This document shows positions 35,448-48,260 of a stretch of DNA of 64,000 nt, one piece after another. Each line of letters opens with the position of its first letter. Position 1 is the first letter of the stretch. Location: assembly GCF_964204645.1 (NCBI RefSeq), contig NC_134030.1, positions 1-64,000 on the forward strand, written 5' to 3'. The position numbers were made by a program, and so were the translations under genes. The DNA is from Tubulanus polymorphus. Lineage: Eukaryota; Animalia; Nemertea. The notes beneath the pieces were generated by a model that was given only the letters and a program-made list of their open reading frames with translations, was not told where the DNA came from and made no database searches.

Positions 35448-36107
35448 GCACACACATAAAGCAAGTCGTAATATTTTTATAGTCTTAGTTCAAACAAAAA
35501 GCGTTTAGTATTTTTTCGATATGAATATTTTATAGTTTCATACGTCAAACAGTAATGATTTTATATACACCCCTCCTCCCCCCTCACCCGGCTCCCCCCT
35601 CACCCGGCTCCCCCTCCCCCGCGCTCCATTCTACTATTACTAGTTCTGATCCCCACCTCCCCCTCCCCTCCGAATGATTATTTCTGATATAAAATGGTTT
35701 TGTTATCTCTCAGATGAATCCAATTTACTGCATGTTTTATTCATCAATATATATATATATATATATACATACATATATATCTGTGTCAGACTGTAGTAGT
35801 TCCAAGTTTCTCCTATAGACGTCACCACCGAATCAATCGATCATTGATCGTCTATTGATCATTTGTAATCTATAATAAATGCTCATTAAGTGTTGATTAT
35901 TAGTGATCCATTGTGATTATTAGAGATTATTGAAATGTAACATTTGTAAAATATGATTGTACAGGCTTTTGATGTATAACTGAGCCCCAGTGGTCACTGC
36001 CCCCTAGTGGCTGACCCCCTCGCTACTCTGAAGTGATCATGTGACTAAAAATAATTCTTTCTTTTCTATGAATGATTTGTTGTGTTTGTGGTTTTTATTG
36101 ATGAGGA

Positions 36108-36330
36108 TGGACCCCGGACTGACAGACAGACAGGTGGACCCGAGACTGACAGACAGATTGACCCGGACAGACAGACAGACAGGTGGACCCCGGACTGACA
36201 GACAGACAGGTGGACCCGGACTGACAGACAGACAGACAGACAGGTGGACCCCGGACTGACAGACATGTGGACCCCGGACTGACAGACATGTGAACCCCGG
36301 ACTGACAGACATGTGGACCCCGGACTGACT
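36108..36330. repeat. Degenerate repeat with GACA microsatellite
   Basis: gtggaccccggactgacagaca-type units. Confidence 0.85.
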
Positions 36331-36408
36331 GTGTGTGACAGATTCTGTAGTCCCTGGCAGCTGAGGATCATACTTGCAGTTAACCTCACAGGACAAACTG
36401 GCACAAAT

Positions 36409-37262
36409 GGTGAGGGGGGTTTAGAGGGCTGTATTTGACTGGAGGGTGAGGGGGGTTTAGAGGGCTGTATTTGACTGGAGGGTGAGGGGGGTTTAGAGGG
36501 CTGTATTTGACTGGAGGGTGAGGGGGGTTTAGAGGGCTGTATTTGACTGGAGGGTGAGGGGGGTTTAGAGGGCTGTATTTGACTGGAGGGTGAGGGGGGT
36601 TTAGAGGGCTGTATTTGACTGGAGGGTGAGGGGGGTTTAGAGGGCTGTATTTGACTGGAGGGTGAGGGGGGTTTAGAGGGCTGTATTTGACTGGAGGGTG
36701 AGGGGGGTTTAGAGGGCTGTATTTGACTGGAGGGTGAGGGGGGTTTAGAGGGCTGTATTTGACTGGAGGGTGAGGGGGGTTTAGAGGGCTGTATTTGACT
36801 GGAGGGTGAGGGGGGTTTAGAGGGCTGTATTTGACTGGAGGGTGAGGGGGGTTTAGAGGGCTGTATTTGACTGGAGGGTGAGGGGGGTTTAGAGGGCTGT
36901 ATTTGACTGGAGGGTGAGGGGGGTTTAGAGGGCTGTATTTGACTGGGGGGTGAGGGGGGTTTAGAGGGCTGTATTTGACTGGAGGGTGAGGGGGGTTTAG
37001 AGGGCTGTATTTGACTGGAGGGTGAGGGGGGTTTAGAGGGCTGTATTTGACTGGAGGGTGAGGGGGGTTTAGAGGGCTGTATTTGACTGGAGGGTGAGGG
37101 GGGTTTAGAGGGCTGTATTTGACTGGAGGGTGAGGGGGGTTTAGAGGGCTGTATTTGACTGGAGGGTGAGGGGGGTTTAGAGGGCTGTATTTGACTGGAG
37201 GGTGAGGGGGGTTTAGAGGGCTGTATTTGACTGGAGGGTGAGGGGGGTTTAGAGGGCTGTAT
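36409..37262. repeat. 36-bp minisatellite
   Basis: (gagggtgaggggggtttagagggctgtatttgactg) ~24 near-identical copies. Confidence 0.97.
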
Positions 37263-37345
37263 ATATGGTGTATAAGAGATACAGACATTCCTCATATATG
37301 ACTAACTGTTACTGTTACTGTTAATGTTACTGTGTGCGGCACCAG

Positions 37346-37624
37346 CACGAGCAGCTACTGAGCTGGATAAAACCTCACGAGCAGCTACTGAGCTGGATAA
37401 AACCTCATGAGCAGCTACTGAGCTGGATAAAACCTCACGAGCCGTTACTGAGCTGGATAAAACCTCACGAGCAGCTACTGAGCTGGATAAAACCTCACGA
37501 GCAGCTACTGAGCTGGATAAAACCTCACGAGCAGCTACTGAGCTGGATAAAACCTCACGAGCAGCTACTGAGCTGGATAAAACCTCACGAGCAGCTACTG
37601 AGCTGGATAAAACCTCACGAGCAG
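37346..37624. repeat. 30-bp minisatellite
   Basis: (cacgagcagctactgagctggataaaacct) x9. Confidence 0.95.
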
Positions 37625-39091
37625 AAGAACCATTTATTACATAACTCCTTACTAAAAATATACATTCAACATCAAATTCCTGAGAGGACAAGATATTCCT
37701 GAGAAGAGTTTAATATCTCTCTCTCTTTTTTCCCCTCCTCGCTCTCCTCCTCACTCCCCTTCTCGCTCTCCTCATTCTCCTCCTCGCTCTCCTCACTCTC
37801 CTCCTCGCTCTCCTCACTCCCCTCATTCTCCTCACTCTCCTCCTCGCTCTCCTCCTCACTCCCCTTCTCGCTCTCCTCATTCTCCTCCTCGCTCTCCTCA
37901 CTCTCATCCTCACTCTCCTCCCATCCTCACTCTCATCCTCACTCTCCTCACTCTCATTCTCCTCACTCTCCTCCTCGCTCTCCTCCTAGCTCTCCTCCTC
38001 GCTCTCCTCCTCGCTCTCCTCCTCTGATCTCTCTCTGCTGTCTATAAACAGATGTGTGCTGTGTGTAGTGTGAAATCAGACGTCAGTAATAGATGACTCA
38101 GTTTCCATGGAGATTGCATTTTTACTGTCACTAATGTATCAGTTAGTGTTCACGTTTATTCACAGATGGCAGCACTGTCTAGATGGCGAACGTCAGTCTC
38201 ATTATTTATGATGAATGGATATAAAACCTCGATCAATATGAAATAAATGACACAGAATTTGATACTTTAATTGTATTTAAAAGTTTTTATTAAATTTAAT
38301 TGATTGAATAGTTTCATAGATTTATAATAAAGTTTGGACCAATTTTTAAAAGCAAAAACTGTGAGACGATCTCTGATATTTCCCTTAAACATTCCTTGCA
38401 TAGTGTTTATTAGAACATTCTTCTGCTGTATTTCAACCTCAAACAACATCCAAATATTTATGAATCTTTCATTGATTTCCTCCTTATACTCTGAGGTAAA
38501 GCGTTTAAACTTGACCCAATCAGCCAGACCACTCCTAGTGTTTTGATTGGTCTAGAGGTGGTCACCTGGTATATACTAACCCTAACCCTAGGGCTAAAAT
38601 GGACTGAACCAAGAGATAGGTGTGTCAAACTATTACTGTCATACCCTAGGGTTAAATGAACTAATCCTAACCCTAACCCTAGGGCAATAATGGACTGGCC
38701 TATGACTGGTCACTCTTGCATACCTATAGTGAAAATGAACTAGTCCTGGTCAATTGATAAAACATTCAATAAAACTGTTATGAATGTTGTGATTGTATTT
38801 GTTTGTGATTACTTTATAGAATACTGAATACTGTTAATATACTGTGAATAATGAGAGAGAAGGAGGAGAGAGAAGGAGGAGAGAGAAGGAGGAGAGAGAG
38901 GGAGGGGAGAGAAGGAGGAGAGAGAAGGAGGAGAGAGAGGGAGGGGAGAGAAGAGGAAGGGAAGGAGAGAGAGAGGGAGGGGAGAGGAGAGGAAAGGAAG
39001 GAGAGAGAGAGGGAGGAAAGAGAGAGAGAGAGCTAGAAGTCTCTGATGTCAACGGCTAAAAATCAAAACCTTTTTCACTGCTCCAATAATA

Positions 39092-39183
39092 GTTGCATAG
39101 CAACCGCATCCAAATAAAGATCTGATGAAGAAATGAAAGGTGTCAAAACATCGATATCACTGAATATATAGCCAGCAACCAGC

Positions 39184-39214
<31 letters not shown>

Positions 39215-39794
39215 GGGAGGGGTAAGGGAGAGAGAGAGGGAGAGAGAGTTAGAGAGAGGAGAGAGAGAGATGAAGGGCGGGTCTGAATAATATATTGATG
39301 TGAAATGATTTCTAATAAAGTTTTACCTGAAGCTAAATGTATATATTACTAAATTTACATACAACACAATCAATCAATCAATAATTCGAGCATCTTGTAT
39401 CTGTTGCGTACACAGTACCTGCGTACACGGTACCTGTTTACATGGTACCTGCGTAGCTGCCACTGACGACAGTCACTGTGTATTAATACTTTTGTTCATC
39501 CCTGATTTTAAACGTTTATCCGTAGATATTTGAGGGCTTTTTGAAATGTGAATAACAGTTTATAACATTGTCTTCAGTGACAACTCACGTCACATTCTGT
39601 ATATTTAGAAAATCCGTTGCAATTTATAGTTTTAGAAGCTATTTTTACATTTGATTGAATTGATCGATAGTTTTAGGGTTTGGTTTTATATGATCATAAT
39701 ACAATTTTTACTCCCTCAAAATCTCACATTTAAAACTCGCATCTTTTCATCATTTATCGATTTATCTGAAAATCTTTTTGGTTGCCATAGTAAC
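39092..39794. promoter_or_regulatory. Two RFX X-box-like motifs upstream of the alternative MGNSC exon
   Basis: GTTGCATAGCAAC (39092-39104) and GTTGCCATAGTAAC (39781-39794). Confidence 0.45.
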
Positions 39795-39898
39795 GGTGTA
39801 TAGATGAATGCTGACCGAAGGGTGTTTAGTTCACTGAGTTTAAGGTCAAAGCTACAAAAACCTAAAGATTTATCTTGAGCTGCAAATAGAAAATCCTG

Positions 39899-40393
39899 TA
39901 CTGTTACATACCGGGTTTAAACCCTAGCGCACTGTTACATAACAGGTTTAAACCCTAGCGCACAGTTACATACCGGGTTTAAACCCTAGCGCACAGTTAC
40001 ATACCGGGTTTAAACCCTAGCGCACAGTTACATACCGGGTTTAAACCCTAGCGCACAGTTACATACCGGGTTTAAACCCTAGCGCACAGTTACATACCGG
40101 GTTTAAACCCTAGCGCACAGTTGCATACCGGATTTAAACCCTAGCGCACAGTTGCATACCGGGTTTAAACCCTAGCGCACAGTTGCATACCGGGTTTAAA
40201 CCCTAGCGCACAGTTGCATACCGGGTTTAAACCCTAGCGCACAGTTGCATACCGGGTTTAAACCCTAGCGCACAGTTGCATACCGGGTTTAAACCCTAGC
40301 GCACAGTTGCATACCTGGTTTAAACCCTAGCGCACAGTTACATACCGGGTTTAAACCCTAGCGCACAGTTATATACCGGGTTTAAACCCTAGC
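39899..40393. repeat. 31-bp minisatellite containing the palindrome GGGTTTAAACCC
   Basis: (gcacagttacataccgggtttaaaccctagc) ~16 copies. Confidence 0.95.
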
Positions 40394-40472
40394 TCAATCT
40401 GGTACAGGGTTTAATCAAACCCTTTTCTAAAATCATATGACCCCCGGTGGAAGTGATGAGTGAGATACCAGT

Positions 40473-40515
<43 letters not shown>

Positions 40516-40778
40516 ACTGCTACTATTAGTGATCATCAGTTGATATTTATTGATGCAGTATCAATGATGCTGTTGGCAGTTGAATAAGTGACACTCACTG
40601 TGACACACGCGACACTCTCCTCTCCTCGTTACAACTCATTATTACTTGCTGGATTAATTCCTCATTTAAACCAACCAGTACTATATGGATTATCACATCG
40701 TTTAATCTACGCTGATCTGAGATTATCTCTACTCCGGGATTACCGCTATATTCTAGCTGTGATATTTAACTTGTACAA

Positions 40779-40839
40779 ATGGGAAATTCATGTAAAAAGC
40801 AAAACACTCACAAATATAAAGTGAATAATAATACAATAG
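40779..40839 (+). CDS. Candidate alternative first coding exon of the Sp17-like/IQ gene, encoding an N-terminal acylation peptide
   Basis: ATG GGA AAT TCA TGT... = MGNSCKKQNTHKYKVNNNTI+G, then a consensus donor AG|GTAAGT; phase 1, same as the RIIa exon. Confidence 0.65.
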
Positions 40840-40861
40840 GTAAGTGTTAAAATAATCAGCA

Positions 40862-41006
40862 ACGTGTATTGGAGGTATTGTCAATGTGTATTGGAGGTAT
40901 TGTCAATGTGTATTGGAGGTATTGTCAACGTGTATTGGAGGTATTGTCAATGTGTATTGGAGGTATTGTCAATGTGTATTGGAGGTATTGTCAATGTGTA
41001 TTGGAG
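40862..41006. repeat. 22-bp tandem repeat
   Basis: (gtgtattggaggtattgtcaat)n. Confidence 0.9.
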
Positions 41007-41116
41007 GGGTAATATTATCAGGGTTAGTTCATGAAGTACTTTGTATTTGATAGTTTGATGAATAGTTATTAAAACTATATTCATTATTGGAAATCATTAT
41101 CATTAATGTCAATTGA

Positions 41117-41522
41117 TACACCATACACTATACACCATACACTAAACACCATACACAATACACCATACACCATACACTATACACCATACACGATACACCA
41201 TACACGATACACTATACACAATACACTATACACCATACACGAAACACTATACACCATACACGAAACACCAGACACTATACACCATACACGATACACCATA
41301 CACTAAACACCATACACGATACACCAAACACCATACACCATAAAGCATACTCAATGCACCATACACGATACACTATACACCATACACAATACACCATACA
41401 CTAAACACCATACACGATACACCAAACACCATACACTAAACACCAAACACCATACACCATACACTAAACACCAAACACCATACACCATAAAGCATACTCA
41501 ATGCACCATACACGATACACCA
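41117..41522. repeat. Degenerate heptamer repeat (ACACCAT)n
   Basis: acaccat/acactat/acacgat units. Confidence 0.9.
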
Positions 41523-41721
41523 GTCTACATAACAATTCTAACCGTGGTTTCATCTGAGCACTAATTCTACATAATGGTTCTAACCGTGGTTCGACTCTCG
41601 TCCTTTCAAACAGTAATTGCAGGAAACGTTGAAGAGAAATTACATTAAAACTCTCCAGAATCTGTAACTGTATCTCCTAGCAACACAATTCATACATATA
41701 TAACAATCACTGAACACTAGT

Positions 41722-43006
41722 AGAGAGACCTGAATCCCGGAGAGACCTGAATCCTGAATCCCGGAGAGACCGGTATCCTGAATCCCGGAGAGACCGGTAT
41801 CCTGAATCCCGGAGAGACCTGAATCCCGGATATAGAGAGACCGGTATCCCGGATATAGAGAGACTGGTATCCCGGATATAGGGAGACCGGTATCCCGGAT
41901 ATAGAGAGACCGGTATCCCGGATATAGAGAGACCGGTATCCCGGATATAGAGAGACCGGTATCCCGGATATAGAGAGACCGGTATCCCGGATATAGAGAG
42001 ACCGGTATCCCGGATATAGAGAGACCGGTATCCCGGATATAGAGAGACCGGTATCCCGGATATAGAGAGACCGGTATCCCGGATATAGAGAGACCGGTAT
42101 CCCGGATATAGAGAGACCGGTATCCCGGATATAGAGAGACCGGTATCCCGGATATAGAGAGACCGGTATCCCGGATATAGAGAGACCGGTATCCCGGATA
42201 TAGAGAGACCGGTATCCCGGATATAGAGAGACCGGTATCCCGGATATAGAGAGACCGGTATCCCGGATATAGGGAGACCGGTATCCCGGATATAGAGAGA
42301 CCGGTATCCCGGATATAGAGAGACCGGTATCCCGGATATAGAGAGACCGGTATCCCGGATATAGAGAGACCGGTATCCCGGATATAGAGAGACCGGTATC
42401 CCGGATATAGAGAGACCGGTATCCCGGATATAGAGAGACCGGTATCCCGGATATAGAGAGACCGGTATCCCGGATATAGAGAGACCGGTATCCCGGATAT
42501 AGAGAGACCGGTATCCCGGATATAGAGAGACCGGTATCCCGGATATAGAGAGACCGGTATCCCGGATATAGAGAGACCGGTATCCCGGATATAGAGACCG
42601 GTATCCCGGATATTGAGAGACCGGTATCCCGGATATAGAGAGACCGGTATCCCGGATATAGAGAGACCGGTATCCCGGATATAGAGAGACCGGTATCCCG
42701 GATATAGAGAGACCGGTATCCCGGATATAGGGAGACCGGTATCCCGGATATAGAGAGACCGGTATCCCGGATATAGAGAGACCGGTATCCCGGATATAGA
42801 GAGACCGGTATCCCGGATATAGAGAGACCGGTATCCCGGATATAGAGAGACGGGTATCCCGGATATAGAGAGACCGGTATCCCGGATATAGAGAGACCGG
42901 TATCCCGGATATAGGGAGACCGGTATCCCGGATATAGAGTGACCGGTATCCCGGATATAGAGAGACCGGTATCCCGGATATAGAGAGACCGGTATCCCGG
43001 ATATAG
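41722..43006. repeat. 23-bp minisatellite
   Basis: (gagaccggtatcccggatataga) ~52 copies plus related 5' units. Confidence 0.97.
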
Positions 43007-43197
43007 CGAGAGCTGTTCATGTTATAAATAGTTTGAGTCAAATAATAAATTCCTAGAAATACTCAGATAAATGTCACCTCTGGGCGTGGCTTTGAAGATG
43101 ATATTGATTAGTTAATAATACCAACAAAGTAACAGCCTCATAGCAGTGACCTGGAACTAACCCTAATGAACGACATATTGCCCTTGCAGGTGGTGAA

Positions 43198-43477
43198 GTG
43201 ACCTGGTGGGCAGTGAGGTATAGTGCCCTATCAGACAGTGACCTGGTGGGCGGTGAGGTAGCAGACTGTGACCTGGTGGGCGGTGAGGTGTAGTGCCCTA
43301 TCAGGCGGACAGTGACCTGGTGGGCGGTGAGGTAGCAGACCGTGACCTGGTGGGCGGTGAGGTAGCAGACCGTGACCTGGTGGGCGGTGAGGTAGCGGAC
43401 CGTGACCTGGTGGGCGGTGAGGTGTAGTGCCCTATTAGGCGGGCAGTGACCTGGTGGGCGGTGAGGTGTAGTGCCCA
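43198..43477. repeat. ~30-40-bp tandem repeat
   Basis: gtgacctggtgggcggtgaggt core repeated ~8 times. Confidence 0.85.
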
Positions 43478-43804
43478 TACGTTCCGGTACTGTCACTTAC
43501 TGTCTGGATGTTATACCCCGAATACCACCTACTGAGTGACACTATTAGAATATTAAAATGTGTTCTATGAATGAAGTCTCTTGGGTTTGATGAATTTCAG
43601 GGCGTTGTTCATTTTTATTGTTTCACATTCTAATTAGTTAATTCCATTCTATTCAACTTTATTTCAGTTCATTTCAAATTTTGTATCAATTCACAATAAT
43701 TTATTCCTATCAATAATTCACTAAATGTGAGTTCAATGATGCTGAAATAAAAGGAGTCACAGGATGACAGCAATACAAGCAAAGAGGGGGTGACGGGGAT
43801 GCCA

Positions 43805-43957
43805 GGGGGTGGCAGGAATAACGGCATTAGGAGGGGGTGGCAGGAATTACGGCATTAGGAGGGGGTGGCAGGAATTACGGCATTAGGAGGGGTGGCAGGA
43901 ATTACGGCATTAGGAGGGGTGGCAGGAATTACGGCATTAGGAGGGGGTGGCAGGAAT
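43805..43957. repeat. ~27-bp tandem repeat
   Basis: ggggtggcaggaattacggcattagga units. Confidence 0.85.
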
Positions 43958-44187
43958 GAATATCTTTAAGTTGTTTACATGTTTTCAGTTTAAAAATGTC
44001 AAATGGATTCAATACGTTGATTGCGTCACAAACAAATAACTGTTTTAGGCTTTAAGGCAAAAAATGAAATATGATGAGAGAGAGAGAGAGGGAGAAGGAG
44101 AGGGAGAGAGGGGAGAGAGGGAGAGAGAGAGGGAGGGAGAGAGGGAGAAGGAGAGGGAGAGGGAGAGGGAGAGTAGAGAGAGGGAGA

Positions 44188-44254
<67 letters not shown>

Positions 44255-44381
44255 AGGGAGAGAGGGAGAGGGGGAGAAGGAGAGGGAGAGGGAGAGAAAG
44301 GAAGAGAGGGAGAGGGAGAGGGAGAGAGAGAGGAGAGAGAAAGGCAATGTATTTAAATTGAATTATAAATTGTTTTTATAG

Positions 44382-44452
44382 ATGGTGGAATTGATCCTGT
44401 ATCAGAAGCCGCTCAACAAGAGGATCGGTATTACAATAATAAATCATTTAAT
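44382..44452 (+). CDS. SPA17: Sp17-like exon 2
   Basis: tttttatag acceptor and GTAAGT donor; DGGIDPVSEAAQQEDRYYNNKSFN resembles Sp17 DP....EDRFYNN. Confidence 0.85.
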
Positions 44453-44666
44453 GTAAGTTCAATCTGGCCTCATTACTCAGGCCCATGACTGATCATTACC
44501 CATAGCCGGGCTCGTTTCGGGCCTAGGACCCGTTTATCATAAACAACAGCTGGCCTAGTTTCAGGTCGTGGGCTCATCTAACGTGGACCTGGCCTAGCAC
44601 TTGGCTTAAACTTTTGACATTCGACTAAATAATATTTTCTTAAGATAATTAGTTTTATTTGAATAG

Positions 44667-44845
44667 AAACCTGATATCGACCCATCGGATCCTCAACAAC
44701 AAGATGCAGCTTTAGCGATTCAAACTAAATTCAGACAACATCATGCACAGAAACAAGTCGAGGATATAAAAGAAGAACAAGCTGCAGTTACAATACAGGC
44801 TGGTATGCGTGGTATGAGAGATAGACAGAGAGTAGCTCAACTCAA
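44667..44845 (+). CDS. SPA17: Sp17-like exon with 2 IQ motifs
   Basis: KPDIDPSDPQQQDAALAIQTKFRQHHAQKQVEDIKEEQAAVTIQAGMRGMRDRQRVAQL+AA; GTAAGT donor. Confidence 0.88.
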
Positions 44846-44856
44846 GTAAGTGTCAT

Positions 44857-47802
44857 CCCATCTCCCGGTCCATCTCCCGGTCCATCCTCCTGTCTCCCGG
44901 TCCATCCTCCTGTCTCCCGGTCCATCCTCCCGTCTCCCGGTCCATCCTCCTGTCTCCCGGTCCATCCTCCTGTCTCCCGGTCCATCTCCCGGTCCATCCT
45001 CCTGTCTCCCGGTCCATCCTCCCGTCTCCCGGTCCATCCTCCTGTCTCCCAGTCCATCCTCCTGTCGCCCGGTCCATCCTCCTGTCTCCCGGTCCATCCT
45101 CCTGTCTCCCGGTCCATCCTCCTGTCTCCCGGTCCATCCTCCTGTCTCCCAGTCCATCCTCCTGTCTCCCGGTACATCCTCCTGTCTCCCGGTCCATCCT
45201 CCTGTCTCCCGGTCCATCCTCCTGTCTCCCAGTCCATCCTCCTGTCTCCCGGTACATCCTCCTGTCTCCCGGTCCATCCTCCTGTCTCCCGGTCCATCTC
45301 CCGGTCCATCCTCCTGTCTCCCGGTCCATCCCCGGTCCATCCTCCTGTCTCCCGGTCCATCTCCCGGTCCATCCTCCTGTCTCCCGGTCCATCTCCCGGT
45401 CCATCCTCCTGTCTCCCGGTCCATCCTCCTGTCTCCCGGTCCATCCTCCTGTCTCCCGGTCCATCCTCCTGTCTCCCGGTACATCCTCCTGTCTCCCGGT
45501 CCATCCTCCTGTCTCCCGGTCCATCCTCCTGTCTCCCAGTCCATCCTCCTGTCTCCCGGTACATCCTCCTGTCTCCCGGTTCATCCTCCTGTCTCCCGGT
45601 CCATCTCCCGGTCCATCCTCCTGTCTCCCGGTCCATCCCCGGTCCATCCTCCTGTCTCCCGGTCCATCTCCCGGTCCATCCTCCTGTCTCCCGGTCCATC
45701 CTCCTGTCTCCCGGTCCATCCTCCTGTCTCCCGGTCCATCTCCCGGTCCATCCTCCTGTCTCCGGTCCATCCTCCTGTCTCCCGGTCCATCCTCCTGTCT
45801 CCCGGTCCATTCTCCTGTCTCCCGGTCCATCCTCCTGTCTCCCGGTCCATCCCCGGTCCATCCTCCTGTCTCCCGGTCCATCCTCCTGTCTCCCAGTCCA
45901 TCCTCCTGTCTCCCGGTACATCCTCCTGTCTCCCGGTCCATCCTCCTGTCTCCCGGTCCATCTCCCGGTCCATCCTCCTGTCTCCCGGTCCATCCCCGGT
46001 CCATCCTCCTGTCTCCCGGTCCATCTCCCGGTCCATCCTCCTGTCTCCCGGTACATCCTCCTGTCTCCCGGTCCATCCTCCTGTCTCCCGGTCCATCCTC
46101 CTGTCTCCCAGTCCATCCTCCTGTCTCCCGGTCCATCTCCCGGTCCATCCTCCTGTCTCCCGGTCCATCCCCGGTCCATCCTCCTGTCTCCCGGTCCATC
46201 TCCCGGTCCCATCCTCCTGTCTCCCGGTCCATCCTCCTGTCTCCCAGTCCATCCTCCTGTCTCCCGGTACATCCTCCTGTCTCCCGGTCCATCCTCCTGT
46301 CTCCCGGTCCATCTCCCGGTCCATCCTCCTGTCTCCCGGTACATCCTCCTGTCTCCCGGTCCATCCTCCTGTCTCCCGGTCCATCCTCCTGTCTCCCAGT
46401 CCATCCTCCTGTCTCCCGGTACATCCTCCTGTCTCCCGGTCCATCCTCCTGTCTCCCGGTCCATCTCCCGGTCCATCCTCCTGTCTCCCGGTCCATCCCC
46501 GGTCCATCCTCCTGTCTCCCGGTCCATCTCCCGGTCCATCCTCCTGTCTCCCGGTCCATCCTCCTGTCTCCCGGTCCATCTCCCGGTCCATCCTCCTGTC
46601 TCCCGGTCCATCCTCCCGTCTCCCGGTCCATCCTCCTGTCTCCCAGTCCATCTCCCGGTCCATCCTCCTGTCTCCCGGTCCATCCTCCTGTCTCCCGGTC
46701 CATCTCCCAGTCCATCTCCCGGTCCATCTCCCGGTCCATCCTCCTGTCTCCCGGTCCATCTCCCGGTCCATCCTCCTGTCTCCCGGTCCATCTCCCGGTC
46801 CATCCTCCTGTCTCCCGGTCCATCTCCCGGTACATCCTCCTGTCTCCCGGTCCATCCTCCTGTCCCCCGGTCCATCCTCCTGTCTCCCGGTCCATCCTCC
46901 TGTCTCCCGGTCCATCCTCCTGTCGCCCGGTCCATCCTCCTGTCTCCCGGTACATCCTCCTGTCTCCCGGTCCATCCTCCTGTCTCCCGGTCCATCTCCC
47001 GGTCCATCCTCCTGTCTCCTGGTCCATCCTCCTATCTCCCGGTCCATCCTCCTGTCTTCCGGTCCATCCTCCTGTCTCCCGGTCCATCCTCCTGTCTCCC
47101 GGTCCCATCTCCCGGTCCATCCTCCTGTCTCCCGGTCCATCTCCCGGTCCATCCTCCTGTCTCCCGGTCCATCCTCCTATCTCCCGGTCCATCCTCCTGT
47201 CTCCCAGTCCATCTCCCGGTCCATCTCCCGGTCCATCCTCCTGTCTCCCGGTCCATCCTCCTGTCTCCCGGTCCATCCTCCCGTCTCCCGGTCCATCCTC
47301 CTGTCTCCCGGTCCATCCTCCTGTCTCCCGGTCCATCTCCCGGTCCATCCTCCTGTCTCCCGGTCCATCCTCCCGTCTCCCGGTCCATCCTCCTGTCTCC
47401 CAGTCCATCTCCCGGTCCATCCTCCTGTCTCCCGGTACATCCTCCTGTCTCCCGGTCCATCTCCCGGTCCATCCTCCTGTCTCCCGGTCCATCCTCCCGT
47501 CTCCCGGTCCATCCTCCTGTCTCCCGGTCCATCCTCCTGTCCCCTGGTCCATCCTCCTGTCTCCCGGTCCATCCTCCTGTCTCCCGGTCCATCCTCCCGT
47601 CTCCCGGTCCATCCTCCTGTCTCCCGGTCCATCTCCCGGTCCATCCTCCTGTCTCCCGGTCCATCCTCCTGTCCCCTGGTCCATCCTCCTGTCTCCCGGT
47701 CCATCCTCCTGTCTCCCGGTCCATCCTCCCGTCTCCCGGTCCATCCTCCTGTCTCCCGGTCCATCCTCCTGTCTCCCGGTCCATCCTCCCGTCCTCTGGT
47801 CC
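44857..47802. repeat. 20/12-bp composite minisatellite (~2.9 kb) filling an intron
   Basis: ccggtccatcctcctgtctc interspersed with ccggtccatctc. Confidence 0.97.
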
Positions 47803-47863
47803 GTAGTCCAGCCTGTCACTCTATGAGGATACATCTATTTAAGTGAGTGTTTTGTATTTTAAG

Positions 47864-48005
47864 GAGTGATAGAGATGAATCTATGAAAGATAAAGAAGAA
47901 GAAATAGATATTGATTTAGAAGATCCTGAAGTTCAGGAAGCAGCGAGTAAAATTCAGGCTTCATTCCGAGGACATAAAGCGAGACAAGAGGTTCAAGAAT
48001 TGAAG
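47864..48005 (+). CDS. Acidic-IQ exon
   Basis: SDRDESMKDKEEEIDIDLEDPEVQEAASKIQASFRGHKARQEVQELK; AG...GTAGGT; phase 2 to 0. Confidence 0.88.
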
Positions 48006-48086
48006 GTAGGTTTACAGCTGTAGCATTGGTTAATTGATTATTAACTAACGAGGAAATAGTGTTAATTATCGATGAATGTTAATTAG

Positions 48087-48230
48087 GTGAAACAAGCTCT
48101 TCTAGAAGTAATAAACGATGCTGACAATGTCGACGAAGTTGACATTGATTTAAATGATCCTGAAGTTGAAAAAGCTGCCAATAAAATTCAGGCAGGATTT
48201 CGAGGTCATAAAATTCGTAAAGAGCTGAAG
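48087..48230 (+). CDS. Acidic-IQ exon (phase 0-0)
   Basis: VKQALLEVINDADNVDEVDIDLNDPEVEKAANKIQAGFRGHKIRKELK. Confidence 0.88.
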
Positions 48231-48260
48231 GTTTGTTACTGCACAACAACTATATTATAT

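Noticed and set aside
36066-37702. Pro/Ser-rich ORFs of 120-409 aa
   Set aside because: Perfect 36- and 30-bp repeats open in several frames, with no unique coding sequence or splice context
41707-43041. 444-aa ORF
   Set aside because: 23-bp repeat cycling through all three frames
44837-47846. Very long ORFs (up to 998 aa) on both strands
   Set aside because: Translation of a stop-free 20/12-bp minisatellite lying between two well-defined exons
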